DNA of 64,000 nt from a bacterium. Its GTDB lineage: Bacteria; Bacillota; Clostridia; Oscillospirales; Acutalibacteraceae. Shown piece by piece: positions 8,418 to 17,838 of this stretch. The stretch lies in assembly GCA_963592475.1 (NCBI GenBank), contig CAVAWW010000003.1, positions 4,770 to 68,769 of the forward strand. The letters are read 5' to 3'. The position numbers were made by a program, and so were the translations under genes. The notes under the pieces are model-generated. The model searched no databases, had not been told where the DNA came from, and saw only the letters and a list, made by a program, of their open reading frames with translations. The first letter of the stretch is position 1. Each line of letters starts with the position of its first letter.

Positions 8418-10438
8418 TATGTCTTTCTCCTCACCGTGACCTGTGTTACACCCTTCGGAATAATAACAACTCCGCGCTCGCTGTCATATTCGCAGCTTGC
8501 CGATTCTATATTTCCGCGAAGCCCGATAAGATCGAGTATTACTTTGCAAGTGCCCGCGCCGTCTCCGGTCAGAGTGAGAGTAACCGTATCATTTGATGAA
8601 ACGAGCGAGAAGCCGATTTTTCTTCCGCCGTTGAGCGAATAATCACGGATAACGGTTTTTTTGCCGCTTTCTATCCATTCTGTCGGCATTCCCCTGCCGA
8701 TAAGCAGGGTCGAATCGGCTTTCTGAACAATAAGAGAATCCCAGAGAACTTTTGTCGCGGTGCTCTGCCCCCACATATGCGGGCACGAACCGCCACCCGA
8801 GCCGCTTCCGCCGCTCGCCCATATACCGCCGTCCGCTTCGGGATAGCCTACTCCCTCCCACCAGCTGAACGGACCGCTTTGGGCGTGGTCTATCATAAAT
8901 TGATATGCTTTTATTCCGCTGTCGCGATATTTTTCGCCCCTGAGCGCGGTGCTCCCGTATCCGGCGTTATATGAACTGCAAAAGAAGCCGTGCGGGTATC
9001 CGCCGAAGTTGTACGGATTATCTGTTATATCTTTGCGGCACTCAAAAATATGCACATATGTGCCGTCGATTTTTTCTATCATGCCGCTTCCCTGTTCCGC
9101 GCCGAAAAGATAGCCGTCCCAGCCCCAGCGACCGAACAGGAACATTGAACCCCAGTTTGCATCGTGAGGATCGCTGCGCTGACCATATTCGTTCGGCTCA
9201 TCCATCGATATCGGGATATAATCAAGATTATATTTGTTCGAAGTTTCACCAAGCTTCTTTTCAACGCACGAGAGGAGATCTGTATATTCTTTCTGCGCCC
9301 ACTCGCTCTCGGACTTGTTTTCAATTTTGTCGCAGATATATTTATAAGCGCAGAGCCCGAACAGAGCCGACCAGTTGTCGATAGTCCAGTGTCCGTTGCT
9401 GTCGATAGCGTTTGTGCGCTTCATTATTCCGTCCGAGTCCCTGTCGGATGATATTTTGTGAGTGTTTGTCTTTATCTGCTCGAAACGTTCTTCAACAAGC
9501 TTCCTGTCGTCTGTTTTCTGGAGATAGAGCGCATACGGCCAGCTGAATTTCCATCCTGCGTCGGGATACTGGACAAACTTGAGAATCGTCTTTGAATATT
9601 CGTCAAAATATTTGAAGTCGCCTATTGTCAGTAACGACGCCATTATGCCGAGGACATCATGGTCGAACACTCTGTCATAGCCGTTCTCGCCGACATGGAG
9701 CCCGTAGCCGTCCTTGACTATCATCGTATACACATATCCCGCCTTGTAGGCGTCTATAAGCTTGCTGTCAGGCAGTTCGTCTATCTTTGCAAGCGGTTCC
9801 ATTCGCTCCGTCCAGTAAGCTTTCATATGTTCATAGTGCTCATCGAACCCACCGGCAGAAGCTATTTCACTGTTCGCGGGATATGCATATTTTTCGCCGA
9901 AGCGGTCTGCGCCGACGGCGTAATCAAGGACAATTGTTTCACCGTTTTTTACGGAATGCGGCTGTTTGTTGAGCGGGATAAGCAGTTTTGACACGCGCGG
10001 TATGTTCAAAGTTTTTCCGCTGATATTTTTGAGGGTCATTCTTGAATAGGCAATTTCAAACTTGCCGTCGCCCCTATCGAGAATATCCGCAAAGTTTTCT
10101 ATAGTGCATTCAAAGCCGCCCGCGCGATATTTGCTGACAAGGCACGGCAGCCAACCCTCTTTGTTGAACCACTCGACTTTTCCGTCTATATCGGCGAGGC
10201 CAAAAGTTATTAGCGTGTTTTTTCTGTCGCGCAGAAGATAAGAGCCGTCAATAAATGCAATCGGAGCATCCTTATCCCCCTCCCAACCGAACACAGAGAC
10301 ATAGCCCGGGTATTTGCGGCAGGCATATCTGCTCTTGCCAATAGCGCCCTTTCTGAAAGTCAGAAAATTCTTTGTATATATTTTAAAATATGCCGACGAC
10401 ACCATCGCCATAAGCGGCTTTTTCTTTTTCTTGCTCAT
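8417..10438 (-). CDS. Hypothetical protein, possible (alpha/alpha)6 glycoside hydrolase-like fold
   Basis: 673-aa ORF with RBS GGAGG; aromatic/acidic motifs (GYDRVFDHD, WTIDNW, WWEG, CPHMWG) and beta-alpha-beta layout. The fold call is inference. Confidence 0.45.
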   Translation of the reverse strand: MSKKKKKPLMAMVSSAYFKIYTKNFLTFRKGAIGKSRYACRKYPGYVSVFGWEGDKDAPIAFIDGSYLLRDRKNTLITFGLADIDGKVEWFNKEGWLPCLVSKYRAGGFECTIENFADILDRGDGKFEIAYSRMTLKNISGKTLNIPRVSKLLIPLNKQPHSVKNGETIVLDYAVGADRFGEKYAYPANSEIASAGGFDEHYEHMKAYWTERMEPLAKIDELPDSKLIDAYKAGYVYTMIVKDGYGLHVGENGYDRVFDHDVLGIMASLLTIGDFKYFDEYSKTILKFVQYPDAGWKFSWPYALYLQKTDDRKLVEERFEQIKTNTHKISSDRDSDGIMKRTNAIDSNGHWTIDNWSALFGLCAYKYICDKIENKSESEWAQKEYTDLLSCVEKKLGETSNKYNLDYIPISMDEPNEYGQRSDPHDANWGSMFLFGRWGWDGYLFGAEQGSGMIEKIDGTYVHIFECRKDITDNPYNFGGYPHGFFCSSYNAGYGSTALRGEKYRDSGIKAYQFMIDHAQSGPFSWWEGVGYPEADGGIWASGGSGSGGGSCPHMWGQSTATKVLWDSLIVQKADSTLLIGRGMPTEWIESGKKTVIRDYSLNGGRKIGFSLVSSNDTVTLTLTGDGAGTCKVILDLIGLRGNIESASCEYDSERGVVIIPKGVTQVTVRRKT

Positions 10439-10525
10439 TATAACCCCTCCGTATTTTCTTCATATGTATATATTAATTTTAAAGCCGGCAAAAGTCAATC
10501 GCGTATAGTCAATATAAACAAATAA

Positions 10526-10554
10526 TTGATATTTCCGCTCGGTGATGCTATAAT
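10526..10554 (+). promoter_or_regulatory. SigA-type promoter with extended -10 for the CARF gene
   Basis: TTGATA-N17-TATAAT, with TG at the extended -10 position. Confidence 0.7.
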
Positions 10555-10593
10555 CAATATATAAAAGATGTCTTATTACCCGGAGCTGAAAAG

Positions 10594-11847
10594 ATGAAAA
10601 CGCTTATCGAACTTTTTGATGAATCACCGATACTCAATGTGCTCGCTTCCATTGCATTCAAGCCCGAAAAGCTTATATTTTTCGGCGCAGACCCGCTGCA
10701 GGTCGAAGAGAGCCGCGGCGACTACATGCGCTTTTTCAAGAGCCGCGGCGAAAGCCCGGAGATAGAATATATAAGTGCCGATATGGAAGACATCGATGAG
10801 GTCAACGACACGCTCGCAAAAATAATATCCGAAAATCCCGACTGCGTTGTCGATGTTACCGGCGGCAAGGATATCGCTTTGCTCGCGGCGGGGATGGCGG
10901 CTGTGAAGCTCGGAGTGCCGCTTATCGCATACAACAGAAGAACAAAGAAATACGCAAATATAAGCAAATATGAGCACGCTATGAGAGCCAATATCTTCGG
11001 TCTGCTTGACTGCGAAGACTTTTTTAATGTCAGCGGCGGCAAAGTTATCGAAAGCGAAGATTTCAGCGAACACAGAGACGATTTCGGCGCTTTCTGGTCA
11101 AAGGTGCTTGATATCTGGAACATCTATCTTGAAAACATCGGCTCCTGGGTGCCGCATGTTCAGTTTTTACAGAGAGTGAGTCCCGCCTGCGAACCGAACG
11201 GAAATATGCCGCTGAAAGTCCGCGCGCCCGAGCACATCAGTGTCAACGGCAAGCAGATTTTCAGAAACGACGATATACTTCGTGCGCTCGACCGCTGCGG
11301 CGGCATAACGGAATTAAAATATCACGAAAACGGCGAATGCACATTTTACTACTGCGACAAAAATTTTCGCCACTATCTGACCGATGTCGGCGCGTTTCTC
11401 GAGCTTTTTATTCACCTATGCGCCGTCACCACGGGCAAATTCAGCAGTGTACGTTCGCGCGTCAAATATAACTGGGAATACAGCCGGATAAGACATGACA
11501 GATCAACGATATACAGACCGGCAAGCAACGAGATAGACGTTATCGCCATAAACGGTATCGAGCCGCTGTTTATATCCTGCAAGACATGCGCACCGGATAT
11601 GAAGCACATAGATGAGATATACCCGCAGGCTATGCGCATGAGCGGCGGAGAGGGTCACGCAGTTTTTGCCTGCACTCACGCGATAGATAAAGACATGCCG
11701 ATATATAACAAGGCAAAAGCTCTCGGGGTTTATATCATCGACGGCGACGACATAAAGAACAGACTCGTCACAGAGCGTCTTATCGAAATTGCGGAGGACA
11801 GATATATCTGGAAAGACGAGCCGGAATATAACCGCCTCATAAAATAA
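10594..11847 (+). CDS. CARF domain + PD-(D/E)xK-like nuclease protein (DUF1887 / Card1-like)
   Basis: N-terminal Rossmann-like CARF with VDVTGGKD; C-terminal GAFLE...NEIDVIA...FISCKT restriction-endonuclease-like motif. Confidence 0.8.
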   Translation: MKTLIELFDESPILNVLASIAFKPEKLIFFGADPLQVEESRGDYMRFFKSRGESPEIEYISADMEDIDEVNDTLAKIISENPDCVVDVTGGKDIALLAAGMAAVKLGVPLIAYNRRTKKYANISKYEHAMRANIFGLLDCEDFFNVSGGKVIESEDFSEHRDDFGAFWSKVLDIWNIYLENIGSWVPHVQFLQRVSPACEPNGNMPLKVRAPEHISVNGKQIFRNDDILRALDRCGGITELKYHENGECTFYYCDKNFRHYLTDVGAFLELFIHLCAVTTGKFSSVRSRVKYNWEYSRIRHDRSTIYRPASNEIDVIAINGIEPLFISCKTCAPDMKHIDEIYPQAMRMSGGEGHAVFACTHAIDKDMPIYNKAKALGVYIIDGDDIKNRLVTERLIEIAEDRYIWKDEPEYNRLIK

Positions 11848-11876
11848 AAAAGAGCCGCCCGAGGACAGCTCTTTCT
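11845..11876. terminator. Probable bidirectional terminator between convergent genes
   Basis: AAAGAGCCGCCC / GGACAGCTCTTT imperfect hairpin with A/T flanks. Confidence 0.5.
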
Positions 11877-11882
11877 ATCAAA

Positions 11883-13142
11883 TTATTCTGCAAGAAGCTT
11901 TTCTGCCGCCGCAAGCTGAACGCTTGTGCAGAGCAGATCAACGGCGAGCTCAAGCTCTTCAACCGGCGGGAAAGTAGGCGCAATACGGATGTTCGAATCA
12001 TCGGGGTCTTTGCCGTAAGGATAGGTAGCACCCGCGGGAGTGAGCACCACGCCCGCCTCTTTGCAAAGCTCGACCGTGCGCTCCGCGCAGCCGCTCAGAA
12101 CATTCAGGCTGATGAAATATCCGCCGTTCGGGTTGGTCCATTCGGCTATACCCTTGCCGCCGAGCTCATCGCTGAACGCCTTGAGCACAACATCAAACTT
12201 GGGCGCAATTATGGCGGCGTGCTTCTTCATATGCGCTCTGACGCCATCCATATTTTTAAGGAACTTCGCATGGCGCAGCTGGTTTATTTTATCATAGCCG
12301 ATGGTCTGCGTCTTCATGCGGTTCTTTATCATCGCAACATTTTTGTCAGAGGCAGCAAGTGCGGCAATGCCTGCGCCGCTGAATGTGACTTTCGAGGTTG
12401 AAACGACCTCTATAACCATATCCTCGGTCGAGTTCTTCTCACACTCGGGGAAAATATTGAGAAGCTTGTCGGGAGTCTCTCTGAGGTCATGGACGATATA
12501 AGCGTTATCCCAGATTATTCTGAAATCGTTCGCGGCGGGCTTGAGAGCCGCTATACGACGGACGGTCTCGTCGGAATATGTTGACCCATCGGGGTTAGCG
12601 TATTTCGGCACGCAGAACATACCCTTTACGCTGCTGTCTTTTATGAGCTCTTCGACAAGCTTCATATCGGGACCGCCCTTGACAAGCGGGACGTTTATCA
12701 TCTCGATGCCGAAATATTCGCAGATGCCGAAGTGTCTGTCATATCCTGGAACGGGGCATAAAAACTTTATCTTCCCCTGCTGCATCCAGGGCTTGTCGCC
12801 TGCGCCGTGGGTCATGCACTGCGCGATAAAATCAAACATGACATTGAGGCTTGAGTTGCCCATAACTATAACATTCTTCTCCGCGACTTCGAGCATCTCG
12901 GAGAAAATCGCCTTGCACTCGGGGATACCGTCGAGAATTCCGTAGTTTCTGCACTCAAGTCCGGTTGACGATTTGACATCGTTTATCTTGAGCATATCCA
13001 TAGAAAGGTCGAGCTGCTGGGTGCAGGGCTTGCCTCTGGACATATCAAGCTTGAGATTCTTCGCTTTGAAGCTGTTGTATTTTTCAAGGAGCTGAGAGTG
13101 GAGTCCTTCGAGCTCCTTTTTGGACATTGATTCAAAAGTCAT
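11883..13142 (-). CDS. PLP-dependent aminotransferase class I/II (actinobacterial AspAT-like subgroup)
   Basis: LDMSRGKP, PGYDRHF, WDNAY, STSK (PLP lysine), GGYFIS and IRIAPT motifs; ATG 13142 after GGAGG. Confidence 0.9.
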   Translation of the reverse strand: MTFESMSKKELEGLHSQLLEKYNSFKAKNLKLDMSRGKPCTQQLDLSMDMLKINDVKSSTGLECRNYGILDGIPECKAIFSEMLEVAEKNVIVMGNSSLNVMFDFIAQCMTHGAGDKPWMQQGKIKFLCPVPGYDRHFGICEYFGIEMINVPLVKGGPDMKLVEELIKDSSVKGMFCVPKYANPDGSTYSDETVRRIAALKPAANDFRIIWDNAYIVHDLRETPDKLLNIFPECEKNSTEDMVIEVVSTSKVTFSGAGIAALAASDKNVAMIKNRMKTQTIGYDKINQLRHAKFLKNMDGVRAHMKKHAAIIAPKFDVVLKAFSDELGGKGIAEWTNPNGGYFISLNVLSGCAERTVELCKEAGVVLTPAGATYPYGKDPDDSNIRIAPTFPPVEELELAVDLLCTSVQLAAAEKLLAE

Positions 13143-13178
13143 GTTGATTCCTCCGTAAACAAAGATCTTGTATATTCT

Positions 13179-13207
13179 ATTATATTCCGTCCGAATTTGC
13201 AAGTCAA
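13179..13207 (-). promoter_or_regulatory. SigA-type promoter for the aminotransferase
   Basis: TTGACT-N17-TATAAT on the minus strand, with an overlapping TTGCAA-N17-TAGAAT. Confidence 0.6.
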
Positions 13208-13302
13208 AAAGCTACATCCTGCAAAAAATCTTTGTTTTGCCCATATACAAGCTGATTTTATGGGCGAAATTTGAGCATAACTTTTATAAGAAAGGTGATT
13301 AT

Positions 13303-14646
13303 ATGAAACAAAGGTCAACGCGCATACTCTCTGTTCTGTTGGTGATACTCCTTTTCTGCTCGGTTTTTCTCCCCTGCTCGTTTGCGGCAACGGCCGAGGA
13401 ATGGGATGAAAACTGGGACAGGCTCAAAAATGACGCTTCGGCAGTTTCCATGTCTCCCGGGAGCGATCCGTCGAGTATGAATTTCACATGGCTCTCACCG
13501 ACCAAGGACTGCGTAGTAATGTTTGAAATTGCAACGGACAGTTCGATGAAAAACGGAAAGTTCTTAAAAGTCGAGCGCACGCACACCGTTCTCTACGGAT
13601 GGAAGAACGATGTGACCGCCGAAAATCTCAAGAGCAACACCACCTACTATTACAGAGTCGCCGAGAACGGCAAATGGTCAAAAACATACTCATTCAACAC
13701 AGGCAGCGACAAGGAATACAATGTTCTCTTTGTCTCCGACACGCAGATAGGCCGTTCGGGCGACAGAAAGCTCGACGAAGTCCTCAAGCACGACTCTCTC
13801 GGCTGGAACAATACACTCGAAGCGGCGGTAAAGTATGAACCGGACATCTCGCTTATAATTTCCGCTGGAGATCAGGTCGAAACCGGCATAACACAAGCAC
13901 AATACAACCTTTTCTATAACCCCGAGCTGATGCGCTCCATCCCGGTGGCTACAGCCATAGGCAACCACGATTTCTACTATCCGCTCTATTCAATAAGGAG
14001 CAACAATCCGAACAGATTCGACCGCGAGCTTCTTCAGTGTCCGGCGGGCAAGGGTTACTATTTCAAGCGCGGCGAAGCACTGTTCATCGTACTCAACTCA
14101 AATAATGTGTTGACCTATGACCATGAAGAACTGATAAAAGAAGCCATGAATTTTTATCCAGATGCCCTGTGGCGCGTGGTTGTTATGCACTACAGCATCT
14201 ACAGCCGCAAGGAAGAGGATAATTTCTATCGTCCACTGTTTTCAAAGATGTTCGATAAATATGACATTGATCTTGTATTGAGCGGGCACGACCATATATA
14301 CACCCGTTCCTCACTCATGCGCGGCAACGAAAAAGTCAAAAGCGGCGGAACACTCTATCTTGAAGCGAATACTGCTTCCGGTTGCAACTATGACGGTCAG
14401 CCCGCCAAAACTCCGTGGTACGCAGAAAAATGTATTCAGCTTCGCACTCCGACATATGTCTTGCTGAACTTCTCCGAGGGCAAGATTTCGATAAAAGCTC
14501 TGCGGAGTGACACGAATGAAATATTCGACTCCTGTGAACTGACAAAATCCGCGCCGTCAAAAACAGAATACAAAGACAGTCTGCTTCAGAAAATATATCT
14601 TTTCTTTGCAAATAGAATCTTCGAACTTCGCGATATTATCTTCTAA
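13303..14646 (+). CDS. Secreted purple acid phosphatase-like metallophosphoesterase (FN3 + calcineurin-like domain)
   Basis: Signal peptide; SDTQ, AGDQV, GNHD and SGHDH motifs; ATG 13303 after AAAGGTG. Confidence 0.88.
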   Translation: MKQRSTRILSVLLVILLFCSVFLPCSFAATAEEWDENWDRLKNDASAVSMSPGSDPSSMNFTWLSPTKDCVVMFEIATDSSMKNGKFLKVERTHTVLYGWKNDVTAENLKSNTTYYYRVAENGKWSKTYSFNTGSDKEYNVLFVSDTQIGRSGDRKLDEVLKHDSLGWNNTLEAAVKYEPDISLIISAGDQVETGITQAQYNLFYNPELMRSIPVATAIGNHDFYYPLYSIRSNNPNRFDRELLQCPAGKGYYFKRGEALFIVLNSNNVLTYDHEELIKEAMNFYPDALWRVVVMHYSIYSRKEEDNFYRPLFSKMFDKYDIDLVLSGHDHIYTRSSLMRGNEKVKSGGTLYLEANTASGCNYDGQPAKTPWYAEKCIQLRTPTYVLLNFSEGKISIKALRSDTNEIFDSCELTKSAPSKTEYKDSLLQKIYLFFANRIFELRDIIF

Positions 14647-14657
14647 AAACAGTCAAA

Positions 14658-14692
14658 GCACCCCTCGGCATTAACGCTGAGGGGTGATTTTT
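14658..14692 (+). terminator. Rho-independent terminator
   Basis: CACCCCTCGGC / GCTGAGGGGTG hairpin followed by ATTTTT. Confidence 0.8.
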
Positions 14693-14745
14693 CATATAAT
14701 ATAGCGCTTCTTCTCGGAGCAAATATACCCGCAGGAGGAAACAAA

Positions 14746-15264
14746 ATGTTTAACAAAGCTTCCGACACGCTGTCGGATTATTACTATTTTCAAGCAGATA
14801 TAAAGGGAAACAGCAGCGTTCCGGATATGTCCGGCACGGCGAGATTTTATCCCTGGCTCGACGGAACAATGGTCGAAATAGAACTCACCGGTATGCCGAC
14901 AAGAAACGAGCCGTTCGCAGTTCATATCCACGAGGGCGCAGTATGCGAACCCGAGGCATTCACAAGCGCCGGAATGCATCTGAAAAGCACGGATGTCGAG
15001 CTTGAAGTATCGCCCGAGCGGCACGAGACAAATATAAAAAGCACGCAGAATCACCCCGGACATATGGGCGATCTGCCGAGCATTTTCTCGAACAACGGCT
15101 ACGCATATATGGCGACCTACACCGACCGCTTTATCCCCCGACAAGTAGAAGGGAGAACCGTGATAGTTCACAGTTCCCCCGACACTTTCACTTCAACCGA
15201 TACATTCGGCAGCCGCATCGCCTGCGGAGTTATACGCCGAATGGAAATAAGCAAATCACTTTAA
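14746..15264 (+). CDS. Cu/Zn superoxide dismutase family protein
   Basis: VHIHE, H..HMGDLP, TVIVH and RIACG motifs; RBS GGAGG; no signal peptide. Confidence 0.85.
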   Translation: MFNKASDTLSDYYYFQADIKGNSSVPDMSGTARFYPWLDGTMVEIELTGMPTRNEPFAVHIHEGAVCEPEAFTSAGMHLKSTDVELEVSPERHETNIKSTQNHPGHMGDLPSIFSNNGYAYMATYTDRFIPRQVEGRTVIVHSSPDTFTSTDTFGSRIACGVIRRMEISKSL

Positions 15265-16911
15265 TTTTCTCAGATCGTTCGCTCTTATCTCAGTGCGTCT
15301 GATCTTGCCGTTGACGGTCTTGGGAAGAGAATCAACAAACTCGATGACCCTGGGATATTTGTAGGGCGCGGTCTCTTTCTTGACATATGTCTGAAGCTCT
15401 TTTTTCAGCTCCTCGGAGCCCTCAAATCCGGGCTTGAGAACTATGGTCGCCTTGACGACATTGCCTCTTATCGGATCGGGAAGACCGGTTACGGCGCACT
15501 CAAGGACCGACGAATGCTCGGTAAGAACGCTTTCAATCTCGAACGGTCCTATTCTGTAGCCGGAGGATTTTATAACATCGTCTGTTCTGCCGACATACCA
15601 GTAGTAGCCGTCCTCGTCTTTCCACGCGGTGTCGCCGGTATGATAGAGTCCGTCGTGCCACGCCTCGGCAGTCTTCTTCTCGTCGCGGTAATAGCCCTTG
15701 AACAGACCGAAGGGAACCTTGGGTTCGGTATGAACAACGATTTCGCCGGTGACTCCGGGAGGTACCGGTCTGCCGTCTTCGTCAACGATATCAACATCGT
15801 AGTGCGGAACGGGCTTGCCCATCGAGCCGGGCTTGGGCTCCATCCCGACGAGGTTTGCGATAAGCAGAGTTGTCTCAGTCTGACCGAAGCCTTCCATGAG
15901 CTTTATTCCCGTCTCCTCGTACCACTTGTTGAAAACATCGGGGTTGAGGGCTTCGCCTGCGATGGTGCAGTATTTCAGCGAGCTCAGATCATAGGAAGAT
16001 ACATCCTCCTGAAGCATAAATCTGAACATCGTGGGCGGGCAGCAGAGGCTGGTGATTTTGTACTTTTCAAGTATCGAAAGAATCTCGGATGCGTGGAACT
16101 TGTCATAGTCATAGACAAAAACGCAGCTCTCCATAAACATCTCGCCGTAAAGCTTGCCCCAAACCGCTTTGCCCCAGCCGGTATCGGCTATCGTCAGATG
16201 GATGCTGTCTGCGGTGACATCGTGCCAATACTTGGCGGTAGTCAGATGCGCGAGGGCATATGTATGCGCGTGCATAGCCATCTTGGGGTTGCCGGTGGTG
16301 CCGGACGAGAAATAGACTATCATGGGTTCATAATATTTCGTATCAACTCTTTCGAGATGCGAATCGGCTTTTTCCATGTCAGTCATGAAGTCGTCCCAAC
16401 CGTCGCGCTTGCCGTTGACGATGATTCTCGTCTCTATCGAGGGACACTCCGGCAGAGCCTCATCGACCTGCTCGGCAATGTCGCCGTCGCCCGTGCAAAT
16501 AACCGCCTTTATTGTGGCGGCGTTCGCTCTGTAGACTATATCATGCTTCTGCAGCATGAATGTTGCGGGGATAATAACCGCACCGAGCTTGTGCAGAGCG
16601 AGAATAGTGAACCAGAACTGATAGTGGCGCTTGAGGATAACCATGACCATGTCGCCCTTTTTGATTCCCTTTTCGCGCAGCATATTGGCAGTCTTGTCGC
16701 TGTAATATTTCAGGTCGCCATAAGTGAATATTCTCTCTTCACCCGCCGGGTTGCACCAGAGGAGCGCACGTTTGTCCGGTTCGGCAGCCGCGATGGCATC
16801 GACAACGTCATAAGCAAAATTGAAATTTTCAGGGCATTTGAGGGTATAATCAACTACATGTCCGTTTTCGTCATATACCTCATCCACAAAGTTTTTATTT
16901 AAATCAAGCAT
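15256..16911 (-). CDS. AMP-forming short/medium-chain acyl-CoA synthetase
   Basis: YFSSGTTGNPK, GFGQTET, YHTGD, GRTDDVIKSSGYRIGP and PKTVNGK adenylation motifs. Confidence 0.93.
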   Translation of the reverse strand: MLDLNKNFVDEVYDENGHVVDYTLKCPENFNFAYDVVDAIAAAEPDKRALLWCNPAGEERIFTYGDLKYYSDKTANMLREKGIKKGDMVMVILKRHYQFWFTILALHKLGAVIIPATFMLQKHDIVYRANAATIKAVICTGDGDIAEQVDEALPECPSIETRIIVNGKRDGWDDFMTDMEKADSHLERVDTKYYEPMIVYFSSGTTGNPKMAMHAHTYALAHLTTAKYWHDVTADSIHLTIADTGWGKAVWGKLYGEMFMESCVFVYDYDKFHASEILSILEKYKITSLCCPPTMFRFMLQEDVSSYDLSSLKYCTIAGEALNPDVFNKWYEETGIKLMEGFGQTETTLLIANLVGMEPKPGSMGKPVPHYDVDIVDEDGRPVPPGVTGEIVVHTEPKVPFGLFKGYYRDEKKTAEAWHDGLYHTGDTAWKDEDGYYWYVGRTDDVIKSSGYRIGPFEIESVLTEHSSVLECAVTGLPDPIRGNVVKATIVLKPGFEGSEELKKELQTYVKKETAPYKYPRVIEFVDSLPKTVNGKIRRTEIRANDLRKLK

Positions 16912-16950
16912 ATGTTAAAAGTCCCTTCGTTGAGTTGTTGAATAATGATT

Positions 16951-17529
16951 TTATTTCTTCTCCGTTTTCTTGAGGATTATTGCAAGAAAAACGCAGTCCT
17001 CGCCGCCGGTCGCAATCATTCCGTGACCGTGAGCGGAATTATAAAGTACGGCATCACCGGCGTTGAGTATCTCAACATGATCCTCGAATGCTACCTTGAG
17101 ACTGCCGCTGATAATATAATCAAATTCCTGTCCCTCGTGGGTTGAGAGGGTTATGGGCTTATCCTGATCCTCTTCCGAATACGGCGCGGTTACAAGGAAA
17201 GGCTCGCAATATTTGTCCTTAAAGCGATAGCCGAGATGAGAATAATTGAATCCCGTGCGGCGCTTCATCGGCAGTCCCTCGCCCTTGCGGACTATTGAAT
17301 AGAACGAAAGTCTCGGGTTATCACCGGTCAGCAGTTCTATCATATCAACATCGAACTTCTCGGCGCATTTGTAAATAAATGTGAAAGAAAAATCGACTTC
17401 GCCATTTTCGGCGGCAATATATTCTTCCGGGGTGCAGTCAACGGTCTGAGCCATCTCTTCCACGCTGTAGCCCATGATCTCGCGCAGGTCGCGTATTCGC
17501 TGTGCGATCTCAGTGATGATAATTTCCAT
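16951..17529 (-). CDS. XRE-family HTH + cupin domain regulator
   Basis: IAQRIRDLRE HTH N-terminus; HEGQEF...H.HG cupin motif; ATG 17529 after AAGGAG. Confidence 0.9.
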   Translation of the reverse strand: MEIIITEIAQRIRDLREIMGYSVEEMAQTVDCTPEEYIAAENGEVDFSFTFIYKCAEKFDVDMIELLTGDNPRLSFYSIVRKGEGLPMKRRTGFNYSHLGYRFKDKYCEPFLVTAPYSEEDQDKPITLSTHEGQEFDYIISGSLKVAFEDHVEILNAGDAVLYNSAHGHGMIATGGEDCVFLAIILKKTEKK

Positions 17530-17561
17530 AATTAAACTCTCCTTCTCAATAAAAATATAAT

Positions 17562-17812
17562 ATAAAAACCGCCCCAAACAAAATGTCTGGGGCGGCTGTT
17601 AACCGCGGTACCACCCAAATTCAGTGCTTTTTTACAGCACCCTCAAGCTCCAATAAGCTCTTGACTTTAACGCAGCCTTACGGAAACGCCTACTCGCTCG
17701 AAGTTTTCGGGTCTCTGCTCAGGAGTGATTCGATTACCCGGTTCATACATCCGTTTTCACCAACCACGGACTCTCTGCGGTACTTATCCGGAATCTTTCT
17801 CCGTCATCGCCT
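17562..17812 (-). ncRNA. T-box riboswitch (transcriptional, class I), probable Ile (AUC) specifier
   Basis: Minus strand shows stem I with GA motif, AGAGA and GGTGAAA loops, specifier loop GAAUCA, stem II with AGUA, a CGUUA box, stem III, the T-box AATTTGGGTGGTACCGCG and a terminator GCCGCCCCAGAC/GTTTGGGGCGGT-TTTT. Confidence 0.93.
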
Positions 17813-17838
17813 TTATGGGCAAGATTCAGTTTTTACAA

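Noticed and set aside
10440..11900. CRISPR array or cas genes around the CARF gene
   Set aside because: No regularly spaced direct repeats or Cas-like ORFs were seen here or elsewhere in the window.
15514..16902. 462-aa plus-strand ORF
   Set aside because: Antisense shadow of the acyl-CoA ligase, with no RBS or motifs; explained by codon bias of the real gene.
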